A DNA stretch of 64,000 nt. It comes from Elusimicrobia bacterium GWA2_61_42 (GTDB lineage Bacteria; Elusimicrobiota; Elusimicrobia; Elusimicrobiales; UBA9959). This document shows, one piece after another, positions 45,706 through 55,100 of this stretch. How positions within the stretch are numbered: position 1 is the first letter of the stretch; every line of letters starts with the position of its first letter. The DNA lies in NCBI GenBank assembly GCA_001799615.1, contig MGTU01000009.1, positions 576 through 64,575 on the forward strand. Direction: 5' to 3'. Both the position numbers and the translations under genes were made by a program. The notes beneath the pieces are model-generated. The model was not told where the DNA came from, made no database searches, and saw only the letters and a list, made by a program, of their open reading frames with translations.

Positions 45706-47184
45706 ATGAATTTCGAAGAAGAAATCTCCCTCCTGATCAAATCCCGCTACCCGCTGGTGCTGGTGGATACCATCGACGAGAGTTACGTCCTCAACCAGCT
45801 CAACGGCGTGGCCCGGGACCAGTCCCTGGCGTTCTATACCTGGTCTTTCACCAAAGGGCTGCGCATAGGCAATAATGAGAATTCCTTCTATAAATCCGGC
45901 GACCCCGCGGCCATGCTGCGCCTGGCCGGCGACCTGGTAAAAGAGCCCCACAGCGCCCTCTTCGCTTTCTCCGACCTGGACCGGTTTCTCGGCGACGCCG
46001 CCGCGGCCAGGCTTTTTAAGGACCTGCTGAACCATATCAAAGGCACGCCCACCACGGTGGCGCTGCTGGGCGCCGAGGTGAAGCTGCCGCCGGACATAGC
46101 CCCGCTCGCCGCCCGCATCTCCGGCGGGTATCCCGACGAAAAACAGATAATGGCGGAGCTGAACCGGGTGGTCGGGGATTTTAAGCGGACCTCCGCGCGC
46201 CTGGACGTGGACATGCCTCCCGAAGCCCTGCGGCGCGTGATCAAAACGCTGAAAGGCCTTTCGCTGCAGCAGGTCCGCAACGCCCTCAATCTCTGCCTGC
46301 TCAACGACAACTGTTTTGACGCCGGCGATATCTCGGTGGTCGAGAAATTCAAGAAAGAGGCTTTCGACCGGGACGGGATCCTGGAATATTTCGGCGCCGA
46401 GCAGTCAGCCGCCATCGCCGGCTTCGGCAGCCTCAAGCGCTGGGTGGGCGACCGGAAACATTCCTTCTTCACGGACGGCCCGCTGCCGCCCCCGAAAGGC
46501 CTGCTGCTGCTGGGCGTGCAGGGCTGCGGCAAGAGCCTGGCGGCCAAGGTCATCGCGGGGGAACTGGGCATACCGCTTTACCGCCTGGACCTGAACCGGC
46601 TTTATTCCAAGTACATCGGCGAGACCGAGGAGAATCTGCGCAAGGCTCTGGCCACCGTAGAGCGCCTGGCCCCGGTCTGCCTTTGGATAGACGAGATAGA
46701 AAAGATCTTCGCCTCCTCCTCGGGCGAGATAGACGGCGGCGTGTCAAAAAGGGTGCTGGGCACCATGCTGACCTGGATGCAGGAGCGCAAAGACCGCTCC
46801 TTTATAGCCGCCACTTCCAACGATATCAACGGCCTGCCGCCCGAGCTGCTGCGCAAGGGCCGGTTCGACGAGATCTTCTTCGCCGATCTGCCCGAGGCTC
46901 CCGCGCGCGAGGGGATACTGAAGATACACCTGGAAAAACGCGGCCTGGACCCCGCGCTGTTCGAGGTGCCGGCGCTGGCGCAGGGCTGCGCCGGGTTCAG
47001 CGGCGCGGAAATAGAGCAGGCCGTCATCTCCGCCCTCTACAGCGCCGCGGGCTCGAACGAGAAAATTTCCGCCAGGCACGTGCTGGAACAGCTCAGGCTG
47101 ACGCGCCCGCTTTCGGTGATAAAAGCCGAAGCCGTGGATTTCCTGCGCAACTGGGCCAAAGAACGCAATATCCTGCCGGTTTAA
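45706..47184 (+). CDS. AAA+ family ATPase (classic AAA module at the C-terminus, unknown N-terminal domain)
   Basis: Walker A is GVQGCGKSL and Walker B is LWIDEIEK. Also has SRH-like ATSNDINGLPPELLRKGRFDE. Confidence 0.8.
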   Translation: MNFEEEISLLIKSRYPLVLVDTIDESYVLNQLNGVARDQSLAFYTWSFTKGLRIGNNENSFYKSGDPAAMLRLAGDLVKEPHSALFAFSDLDRFLGDAAAARLFKDLLNHIKGTPTTVALLGAEVKLPPDIAPLAARISGGYPDEKQIMAELNRVVGDFKRTSARLDVDMPPEALRRVIKTLKGLSLQQVRNALNLCLLNDNCFDAGDISVVEKFKKEAFDRDGILEYFGAEQSAAIAGFGSLKRWVGDRKHSFFTDGPLPPPKGLLLLGVQGCGKSLAAKVIAGELGIPLYRLDLNRLYSKYIGETEENLRKALATVERLAPVCLWIDEIEKIFASSSGEIDGGVSKRVLGTMLTWMQERKDRSFIAATSNDINGLPPELLRKGRFDEIFFADLPEAPAREGILKIHLEKRGLDPALFEVPALAQGCAGFSGAEIEQAVISALYSAAGSNEKISARHVLEQLRLTRPLSVIKAEAVDFLRNWAKERNILPV

Positions 47185-48633
47185 ATGAAAACCATTCTTG
47201 TCACGGGCCCCACGGGCTATATCGGCGGCCGCCTTATCCCCAGGCTGCTGGCCAAGGGGCTGCGCGTGCGGGCCCTGGCCCGGCACCCGGAAGATCTGGC
47301 GGGCCGGCCCTGGTCGGGCAGCGTGGACATTTTCAAGGGCGACGTCTTCTGCGGCCAGGGGCTTAAAGAGTCCCTGCAGGGCGCGGACGCGGCCTATTAC
47401 CTTATCCATTCCATGGCGGACACCGCGGATTTCGAGGCTTTCGAGGAAACCTCCGCCCGCAACTTCGCGGCCGCCGCCAAAGAGGCGGGCGTAAAAAAAA
47501 TAATCTACCTCGGCGGGCTGGGGGGGGACGCGGCAAGCCTGTCCCACCACCTGCATTCCCGCCACCGCATGGGCGAGATCATGCGCGCGGCGGGGCTGAA
47601 CGTCACGGAGTTCCGCGCGGCCATCATAGTGGGCTCGGGCAGCATCTCCTTCGAGATGATCCGCTACCTGGTGGAGCGCCTGCCGCTTATTCCCTGCGCC
47701 CGCTGTTTGCGCGGCACGCGCTGCCAGCCGGTGGCCATAAGGGACGTGCTGGCCTACCTGGCGGAGGCGCTGGAGAACCCGCTTTCCGACGGGAAGATAG
47801 TGGAGATAGGCGGCGCGAGCGTGCATACCTACCGCGAGCTCATGGATATCTACGCGGAAACCCGCGGCCTTAAACGCTTCTTTTTTTCCTGCGCTTTCTG
47901 GTCGCCGGCGTTCTGCGCGCGGCTTATAGACCTGATCACCCCGGTGCCGGGCGTGCTGGCCAAGCCCCTGCTGGAGAGCCTGCGCAACGACGTGGTCTGT
48001 TCTTCGGACGAGGCTTTGCGGCTCTTCCCGGGGATCAAACCGCTGGATTACCGCACCGCCGTGCAGTACGCGCTGATGCGCATAACCGAGAACAATGTGG
48101 AAACCTCCTGGACTACCGCCTACGAACCGCATTACGCCAAGCCCTGTTCCTTTATAGACACGGAGGGACTGATACTCCAGGACCATTATATAGCGGTGGA
48201 CGCTCCCGCGGACAAAGTTTTCAGGGTGTTCTCCGGTATAGGCGGGCAGCGCGGCTGGCTGTACGGGCAGTGGCTGTGGAGCCTTAAGGCTTTGCAGGAC
48301 CGCCTGATAGGCGGGGTAGGTATACGCCGCGGGCGCCGCCACCCGGATATCATCCACCAGGGCGAGGCGCTGGATTTCTGGCGGGTGGAGCGCGTGATCG
48401 AAGACCGCATGCTGCTGCTGCGCGCGGAAATGAAGCTGCCCGGCAAGGGCTGGCTGCAGTTCGAAGCCAAGCCGCGCAGCGAAACCTCCTCTATCCTGCG
48501 CATGACGGCCTACTTCGAGCCGCGCGGCTTTCTCGGCAGCCTCTACTGGTACTCCCTGTACCCGGTGCACACTTACATCTTCCGCGGCCTCACCCGCGAA
48601 ATACGCCGCCGCGCGGAATCAGTTAAGGCCTGA
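47185..48633 (+). CDS. NAD(P)-binding SDR/NmrA-like protein fused to a DUF2867-like C-terminal domain
   Basis: Rossmann motif MKTILVTGPTGYIGGRL. It starts immediately after the AAA gene stop. Confidence 0.7.
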   Translation: MKTILVTGPTGYIGGRLIPRLLAKGLRVRALARHPEDLAGRPWSGSVDIFKGDVFCGQGLKESLQGADAAYYLIHSMADTADFEAFEETSARNFAAAAKEAGVKKIIYLGGLGGDAASLSHHLHSRHRMGEIMRAAGLNVTEFRAAIIVGSGSISFEMIRYLVERLPLIPCARCLRGTRCQPVAIRDVLAYLAEALENPLSDGKIVEIGGASVHTYRELMDIYAETRGLKRFFFSCAFWSPAFCARLIDLITPVPGVLAKPLLESLRNDVVCSSDEALRLFPGIKPLDYRTAVQYALMRITENNVETSWTTAYEPHYAKPCSFIDTEGLILQDHYIAVDAPADKVFRVFSGIGGQRGWLYGQWLWSLKALQDRLIGGVGIRRGRRHPDIIHQGEALDFWRVERVIEDRMLLLRAEMKLPGKGWLQFEAKPRSETSSILRMTAYFEPRGFLGSLYWYSLYPVHTYIFRGLTREIRRRAESVKA

Positions 48634-49014
48634 ACAGGCGCCCCTCAGTTTGCTTACCCACAGCGCTATTTCCACCAGGTCCAGGTCGTTTATCTCCGGG
48701 AAGCGGGCCGCCGCCTCCAGGGACTTTACCGTGGCGCCCTTGCCCTCGAAGCGTATCAGCGCTATGGTGGCCCCGCCATATTTAACTTCGTAAGCCGGAG
48801 CGCCGCTGGTGTAAAAGTCCGGCCATTTCAGCGCCCGGTAAATATAGGCGGTCAGGGCGCCTACCTTGCGGGCCCTGTAGCTTTCGGCAACCCACTCGTT
48901 AACGGTCCATTTCATAAAACCCCCGTGTTCCTCGAATATACCCGGAAACTTCTTCATCCCTTCCATAGCATAGCAGGCCGACACGACACCGTGCTGTCGC
49001 GTTAATGCCGCCAT
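48619..49014 (-). CDS. Hypothetical protein (start uncertain)
   Basis: 131-aa ORF convergent with the SDR gene, with no recognisable motif. Internal starts MEGMKKF or MKWTVNEW are more likely than 49014. Confidence 0.35.
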   Translation of the reverse strand: MAALTRQHGVVSACYAMEGMKKFPGIFEEHGGFMKWTVNEWVAESYRARKVGALTAYIYRALKWPDFYTSGAPAYEVKYGGATIALIRFEGKGATVKSLEAAARFPEINDLDLVEIALWVSKLRGACSGLN

Positions 49015-49033
49015 AATTTTCTAGAATAGAAGC

Positions 49034-49876
49034 ATGCTTCTTCGTCTCTGCATCGTGACCGCGCTTGCCGCTCTGTGCCTGACGGCCCAGGCGTCCGCCG
49101 CCAGGCGCCCGCGGGGCGACGAGCGCAACGTCTTCAAATCCTACTATACGGCCGAATATAACTCCTTCAAGAAACGCATCATGGCGGAATTCCGGGACGT
49201 CAAGGCCGGGCGCTTCAGCGAATTCCTAAAGCGCGGCACCCCCGGCGGAAAAGGTCCCGACCAGAAGGTCATCGCGCTTACCTTCGACGCCTGCGGCGGC
49301 CGCCACAGCGGCTACGACGCCGCCCTCATAGCCTACCTGCGCCGCGAGCAGATCCCGGCCACGCTGTTCGTCACCGGGATCTGGATAGAGAAGAACAAGG
49401 AGATCTTCGCCGGGCTGGCCAAGGACCCGCTGTTCGAGATAGAGAACCACGGCCTTATGCACCGGCTCTGCTCCACCGAGGGCAAGACCAAGTACGGCGT
49501 GCACGGCACCAGGGACCTGGGCGACGTTATAGACGAGATGGAACTGGGCGCCAGGAAAATAAGCGGGCTTACCGGCCGCCGCCCTTTGTTCTTCCGTTCC
49601 GCCACCGCTTATACCGACGAGCTTTCCATGAAGGTGGCCGGCCGCCTGGGCATGGAGGTGGTCAGCTACGACGTGCTCTCCGGCGACGCCATGCGCCAGT
49701 CCGCTAAAAAGATGCAGCGCAATATCCTGGCCGGCGCGCGCCACGGCGCCGTGGTCATAATGCATTTCAATCATCCCGAATGGCCCGGCCTCGCGGCCCT
49801 TGAGCTGACCGTCCCCGAGCTGCGCCGGAGGGGCTACAGCTTCGGCAAGCTGGAAGATTTTACCGTAAAGCCGTAA
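49034..49876 (+). CDS. Secreted polysaccharide deacetylase (CE4/NodB-homology family)
   Basis: The signal peptide is MLLRLCIVTALAALCLTAQASA. Contains LTFDACGG, ENHGLMH, FFRSATAY and MHFNHPE. Confidence 0.75.
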   Translation: MLLRLCIVTALAALCLTAQASAARRPRGDERNVFKSYYTAEYNSFKKRIMAEFRDVKAGRFSEFLKRGTPGGKGPDQKVIALTFDACGGRHSGYDAALIAYLRREQIPATLFVTGIWIEKNKEIFAGLAKDPLFEIENHGLMHRLCSTEGKTKYGVHGTRDLGDVIDEMELGARKISGLTGRRPLFFRSATAYTDELSMKVAGRLGMEVVSYDVLSGDAMRQSAKKMQRNILAGARHGAVVIMHFNHPEWPGLAALELTVPELRRRGYSFGKLEDFTVKP

Positions 49877-49901
49877 TTGGATCTGCCGGCATAAAAAGAA
49901 A

Positions 49902-49930
49902 GGCCCCTCGTTACCGGGGGGCTTTTCTTC
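49902..49930 (+). terminator. Intrinsic terminator after the deacetylase gene
   Basis: The stem ggcccc-tcgttacc-gggggc is followed by TTTTCTTC. Confidence 0.6.
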
Positions 49931-50003
49931 TGCTGGAACACCTGTTGGCGGCGCCCGGAATAAACGCGCGCGGAAGTTTTTTTAAGCTATTTTGGCCTGG
50001 GCC

Positions 50004-50032
50004 TTGACAAGTCAAGAGGCGTCTGTTATACT
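50004..50032 (+). promoter_or_regulatory. Near-consensus sigma70 promoter of structured RNA copy A
   Basis: TTGACA, then 17 nt, then TATACT, with an A/T-rich UP-like tract upstream. The -35 sits inside the palindrome CTTGAC-AA-GTCAAG. Confidence 0.75.
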
Positions 50033-50038
50033 TCAAAT

Positions 50039-50436
50039 GTAGCCTTGGTCTTTATACAGCGCGTCGGCAGTGTGAGCGGTTCGGTTGGGTTGGTTTCGGG
50101 GATCTGCCCCGGCCCCGGCGCGGTTTCCCCCGGTTCGCGGCCATGTTCCCGGCTCGGCGTTCTTGCGGCGTCGGCGCAGTTTCGGTGTTTGCGGCTCGCG
50201 TTCTACGGGGTGTTCCCCGGTCCGTCTCCCGCCCTTAGGGCGGCGCGGTTGCCGGGGTCCCGGTTCGGCGGTCCGCCCACAGCGGCGGCAACAGCTCCCG
50301 GGCGGGTGTTCCGGTCCCGGCGCTTTTCGGCGCTCTCGGTACTCCGGTTCGCTCCTCAGGCGGTGCGGTCTGCGGTCTATGCGGTCCGGCCTGTGTGCCA
50401 ATGAAGAGCCCCCGTTTCCCGGGGGCTCTCATTTTT
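50039..50436 (+). ncRNA. Unclassified ~400-nt A-depleted G/C/U-rich structured RNA, copy A (own promoter and terminator)
   Basis: The predicted TSS is about 7 nt after TATACT. Blocks conserved with copies B and C include gcgcggtttcccccggttcgcggcc and ggtccgtctccc...gcgcggttgccggggtcc.ggttcggcg. It ends in the terminator agagcccccg-tttcc-cgggggctct + ATTTTT (50405..50436). Confidence 0.7.
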
Positions 50437-50455
50437 ATAGGGGAATAGCGATGTT

Positions 50456-50833
50456 TTACTTTCTTTTGCGCTCAGGAGCCAGGGCGGCGCGTATTGTAAG
50501 GTAGGTGCGCTTCTGTATGCCTGACGATTTATTGCGGATTATCCCTATGATCCTGGTTTCCCAGGTGGTGGTTCGTACTTTCGGCGCCTTCTCTTCCAGC
50601 AGGTCCGCGGCTTTCACCATCAGGGCCGCTGACACCTTGGCCAGCGTGGCCAGGCTTATCTTTTTAGTGCCCCGCTCTATCTGGCCTATATAGCTGGGGT
50701 GCAGCCCGGCCCGGTCCCCCAATTCCTCCTGGGACCAGTTCAGGCGCTTGCGGTGACCCCGTACGGAGGTCCCAAGCGCCGCGTAGATGTTTATTTTCAT
50801 GATGGCGCTTATATTTTTGCAATGAACCGGCAC
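50456..50833 (-). CDS. XRE-family helix-turn-helix transcriptional regulator
   Basis: HTH region: LNWSQEELGDRAGLHPSYIGQIERGTKKISLATLAKVSAAL. The start is uncertain (GTG 50833 or ATG 50800). Confidence 0.8.
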   Translation of the reverse strand: MPVHCKNISAIMKINIYAALGTSVRGHRKRLNWSQEELGDRAGLHPSYIGQIERGTKKISLATLAKVSAALMVKAADLLEEKAPKVRTTTWETRIIGIIRNKSSGIQKRTYLTIRAALAPERKRK

Positions 50834-50878
50834 CTCTTTCTAGAGTCCACAAGGTTTAATATGACAAACCCTGTGGTG

Positions 50879-51066
50879 TTGACACCGCCAGGGATTATCT
50901 TATATGTTTAACCGAGGGAACGGGAGAATGCTTTTTTTTGCGCCCGCCCTGCCGGCCTTAACCGGCCATTTTTTTTCGAGAGTCCCCGCGGACCCCCCTG
51001 ACACATCCGCGGGGACTCTCCAATTTGCCGCGGTACCGGTAATAGGCCTTAGGGCCTATTTTTTTC
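50879..51066 (+). promoter_or_regulatory. Candidate promoter plus structured leader or small RNA upstream of the GH104 gene
   Basis: TTGACA (50879), then 16 nt, then TATATG. Next is a perfect 14-bp hairpin gagagtccccgcgg/ccgcggggactctc (50979..51021), then the terminator-like hairpin ataggcc-ttag-ggcctat + TTTTTT (51043..51066). This lies 45 nt before the ATG. Confidence 0.4.
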
Positions 51067-51110
51067 AGGGCCCAAGGGCACTTAAAGGCCGCGCCGCCGC
51101 CTGCCATAAT

Positions 51111-52037
51111 ATGGGAATGGAAAGGATGAACCGGGCCGCTTTAATTACCCTGCTTGCGATAGCGGCGCCCGTCTGCGCTTCGGCGCAGGCCTTTGACGAA
51201 CTGCTGGCGGCTTACGCCGGCGATAAAAATTTATCCCTGCCTTCCGTCCCCGCCGCCCCTGCCCTGGCGGAAGCAGAGCAGTACCTGCCCCCCGACAATA
51301 AAGAACCCGGTTTTGAATGGCCCTCGGAAAGGAAGGACAGGGCCGCCGAGGATTTTTTCTATATAGGCAATAACACCGCTTTCCTCAAGGCTTCCACCGA
51401 CCTTGCGGCCGATCTGGCCGAAGGCAGCGGCCGGTGCGCCCTCGCCCCTAATGCCCTTTATAAAACCCAGGCCAAACCCGGCTTCCAGGGCGAGCATATG
51501 ACCGTGACCCTGGCCGCGCCGCTGCCCGGCTGCGCCATCACCCGCGGCTATCTCTACATGACCGACGTTTCCTCCAGCTCGGCCGGCGGGGCCTGGGAGC
51601 TGCCCAGGACGGTGAGGGCCTTCATGGATACCCTGGCTTTCGCCGAGGGCACCAAGGCCCGTTATAATTATATTTTCACCTTCGTCACCTTCAACAGCTA
51701 CGCGGACCATCCCCGCAAAGCCATCTGCGCCGGCAAACTGTGCTCTACGGCCGCCGGGCGCTACCAGTTCCTTTCTAAAACCTGGGACGGCCTGGCCCCC
51801 GGCCTGGGCCTTACGGAGTTCACCCCGCCCAGCCAGGAAAAAGCGGCGCTTGAGATCATCCGCCGCGCCGGCGCCTACAACAGGGTGCTCAAATCCAACG
51901 TCTATGAGAATTTCACTTCCGCCCTCGCCAAACTGAACACCACCTGGGCCTCGCTGCCCGGCAGCCCTTACGGTCAGCCCACCCACCCTACCTCGGAACT
52001 GTGGAAAGTCTATAAAGCCGCCCTCGCCAAATATTGA
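51111..52037 (+). CDS. Secreted GH104-like (phage lambda R-type) lytic transglycosylase/muramidase with unknown N-terminal domain
   Basis: The signal peptide MNRAALITLLAIAAPVCASAQA follows the ATG cluster at 51111/51117/51126. The C-terminus is FAEGT...YADHP...STAAGRYQFLSKTWD. The ORF-track N-terminal 69 aa are treated as leader. Confidence 0.7.
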   Translation: MGMERMNRAALITLLAIAAPVCASAQAFDELLAAYAGDKNLSLPSVPAAPALAEAEQYLPPDNKEPGFEWPSERKDRAAEDFFYIGNNTAFLKASTDLAADLAEGSGRCALAPNALYKTQAKPGFQGEHMTVTLAAPLPGCAITRGYLYMTDVSSSSAGGAWELPRTVRAFMDTLAFAEGTKARYNYIFTFVTFNSYADHPRKAICAGKLCSTAAGRYQFLSKTWDGLAPGLGLTEFTPPSQEKAALEIIRRAGAYNRVLKSNVYENFTSALAKLNTTWASLPGSPYGQPTHPTSELWKVYKAALAKY

Positions 52038-52137
52038 TCCGCTCCGCCCTGTTGCCCGGCCCGCCCGCGCGGGCCTTCGCTGTTTAAGGGCCGCGGCCCG
52101 TCAATACGGCGTCGCCTTAATATCTTATAATTGACTT

Positions 52138-55100
52138 ATGGGAAAGCCCGCGGCAACCGCAGCGCAGGTGTTGGAGGGGGATAAAACCCTTAAATTCCCG
52201 CACGCCATCCTGATCAGCGCCTCCGCCGGCTCCGGCAAAACCTATACCCTTACCCAGCGCTATGTGCAGTTCCTGCTTTCGGAGAAAGTTCCCAATAACG
52301 ACCTTTCCGGCATCCTCGCCGTCACTTTCACCAATAACGCCGCCAAGGAAATGAAAGCCCGCATCCTGGCGTGGCTGAAGGACCTGGCGCTGAATAAGAA
52401 CTGCGAAAAAATGGACGAGACCCTGGCGCTGGTCTCCCTTTCCCGGGAAGAGGTCCATAAGCGCGCCGGGGACCTGGTGGAGCGCGTCATCGGCAACTAC
52501 TCGGATTTTCACATCCAGACCATAGACAGCTTCCTGGCCAGGGTGATGGCGGCCTCGGTGGACGAGCTGAAACTGCCGCTGAAGGCGGAGATCACCATGG
52601 CCTACGACGTACTCATAGACCTGGCGCTGTACGCCATGTTCGCCCGCATAGGCAAGGCGGACCTGCCCGCCGAGGTCGTGGATAAATTCCTGGCCGTGCT
52701 GCCCAAGACCGGCTCCTACCCGTGGAACCCCGCCCAGCGCGTAAAGGACAATTTCAACAGCTTCCTGACGCAGGAGGGCAAGACCGCGGGCGTGCTGGCG
52801 GCGGTGGCCGGGGACCACGAGGCTTTGCTCAAGGCCAAATTCGGCGAGACGCTGAAGTTCTGCGCCGGCCTGGTAAAACATTACGGCGACAAAGGGCTGT
52901 TCAAAGAGAAGTGCCTGGCCGCGCTGGAAGCGAAGAACCTCACCGACTTCCTGGCGGCCTATAAGTTCGACTACGGCATTTTCAGCGGCGTTAAAAAGAA
53001 AAGCCTGCCGGCCGGCTGGGAAAAAGACCTCGCAAGCCTGAACGAACTGGTGATAGCCCTGACCGAGCTGAACGCCGCGGCTTATTACCACCCTTACGTG
53101 GGCATCTATGACCGCTTCAAGGCCGAGCTGGAGCGCGTCAAGCGCGGCAAGACCGACGTCATTCACATCAACGACATCGCCAAGAAGCTTTCCGCCTATA
53201 TCAACGCCGAGAACGTGCCCGAGGTCTACCTGAAGCTGGGCGAACGCATCTCCCACTTCCTCATCGACGAGTTCCAGGACACCAACCGCCTGCAGTGGGA
53301 CGTCCTCCGCCCGCTGGTGGAGGAAGCCGTCTCCAAGAACGGCTCGCTGTTCGTGGTGGGGGACATCAAGCAGGCCATCTACATGTTCCGCAACGCGGAC
53401 TACAAGATCATGCGCGACCTGCTGGACAAGGCCGAGGGCAAAAAGGCCGAGGCGGCCAACCTTTCGCTGGACTCCCTGGGCGGCGAATTGAAGTACGTGA
53501 ACCTGCCCGTCAACTACCGCTCCGACGGCGAGGTGCTGAACTACGTGAACGCCCTCTTTAAAGAAAAGCTCAAGCGCGTGCCCGAGCTGATAGGCCAGGA
53601 CCTGACCGAGCTTACCGCTTATTCCCAGGCCGCGCGGCCCGACAGGCTGAAGCTCGGCTATGTGAAGACCGGCGTGCTGGAGCTTGAGGACCTCTCCGAG
53701 GCCGAGCCGCAGAAAGACTGGCTGCTGAAAGCCGTGAATTCCGCGCGCGAGCGCTACCCGCTGGGCGAGATCGCCATCCTGGTAGCCAAGAACAAGCGTA
53801 TTGAGCCGGTGGTGGAGTGGCTGACCGGCGCCGGCATCCCCGTGGCCTCGCTGAGCTCCCTGGACATACGCAAGCGCAAGGTAGTGGCCGAGCTTATCGC
53901 CTGCCTGAAGTTCCTGGAAACCCCGTCGGATGACCTTTCCTTCTCCGCCTTCATAACGGGGGATATCTTCACCAGGCTTACCGGCCTGCCGCGCGAAGAA
54001 CTGACGGAGTTCGTCTTTAATTCCCGCTTAACGGCCCCGGGCGCCCTTCTTTACGCCGCGTTCCGCAACCACGCCAGGTACAAAGAATACTGGGACAAAT
54101 ACCTCGACGAAGCCTTCCGCAAGGTCGGCTACCTGCCGCTGTACGAGCTGGTCTCGGTGGTCTGCGACGATTTCAGGCTGTTCGCCAATTTCCCTTCAGA
54201 GCAGGCCTTCCTGGCCCGGTTCCTGGACGCGGTCAGCGCGCTGGAAGCCGGCGGCGTGACCAGCCCCCGCTCTTTCATAGAGTACGCCTCCGGGGCCGAC
54301 GAGGACAAGGCCGCGCTGTTCTCCATCGCCCTGCCGGAATACCTGGACGCCGTGCGCGTGATGACCTTTCATAAATCCAAGGGCCTGGGCTTCTCGGTGG
54401 TGATCAACCTGATGTACGACGAGCGCGGCCAGAGCGACCCGATGTATTTCGAGGAGAAGGACGGCGAGATCCACGTCTACCACATCACCAAGGCGGCGGC
54501 CGAGCAGTCGGTGAAGCTCCGGCCGGTGTACGAGGGCCGCAGGACGGACGCCAACGTGCAGGACCTGAACGTGCTCTACGTGATCTCCACCCGCGCCCGC
54601 CACGAACTTTATAACCTGGTGATAAAAAAAGCCCGCAAGACCGCGGCGCCGGAGCCCAGGCTGCAGGACCTCTTCGCGCCGTTCGAGGCCGGCACCCCCG
54701 CGGAGCGCAAGCCGGAGGCCCGCCAGGCCTCCGAACCGGTGGAGGTGCCCGGCGCGGCCGCCCGTCCCGAGCAGCGCTTCGACGCGCTGAAGCCCACTTA
54801 CGGCAGCTCCTTCGACACCGCCGAGGGCGAGCTGGCGCACGCTATCCTGGCCCGCGTCACCGGGCCGTCCGACCCGGAGCGGGAACTGCCCGCCCTTTTC
54901 GACGAGCTGAGCCCCGGCTATCCTTTCAAGTTCGACAAGGTCCGGCTGGTAAAGACGCTCCTGGCTTTCCTCAGCAACTCCGAGGCCGCGAATTTCTTCG
55001 CCGACGGCCCCGGCCGGCAGGTCCTGGCCGAGGCCGAATTTATAGACAGGAACGGCGCGCTGTTCCGCATGGACCGCGTGATAATAGAAAAAGACGCCGT

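Noticed and set aside
50380-50440. Considered tmRNA because of ...GCCAATGAAGAG... near the 3' end, and 6S, SRP or RNase P RNA for the whole element
   Set aside because: There is no tRNA-like acceptor/T-arm pairing of the 5' and 3' ends, no CCA-adjacent structure and no resume-codon context. There is no GGAA/GNAR SRP helix-8 motif and no RNase P GAGGAAAGUCC box. It is also present in three copies.
50045-50504. ORFs of 119 and 139 aa across RNA copy A, and analogous ORFs at 62847..63169 and 63616..63987, some ending in the similar peptide ...PGLCAN
   Set aside because: The region is nearly devoid of A on this strand, so stop codons cannot occur in any plus frame. There is no SD or sensible start. 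Differences between copies are compensatory in hairpins rather than synonymous. A consensus promoter places the TSS only a few nt before the conserved block, and a terminator ends it.
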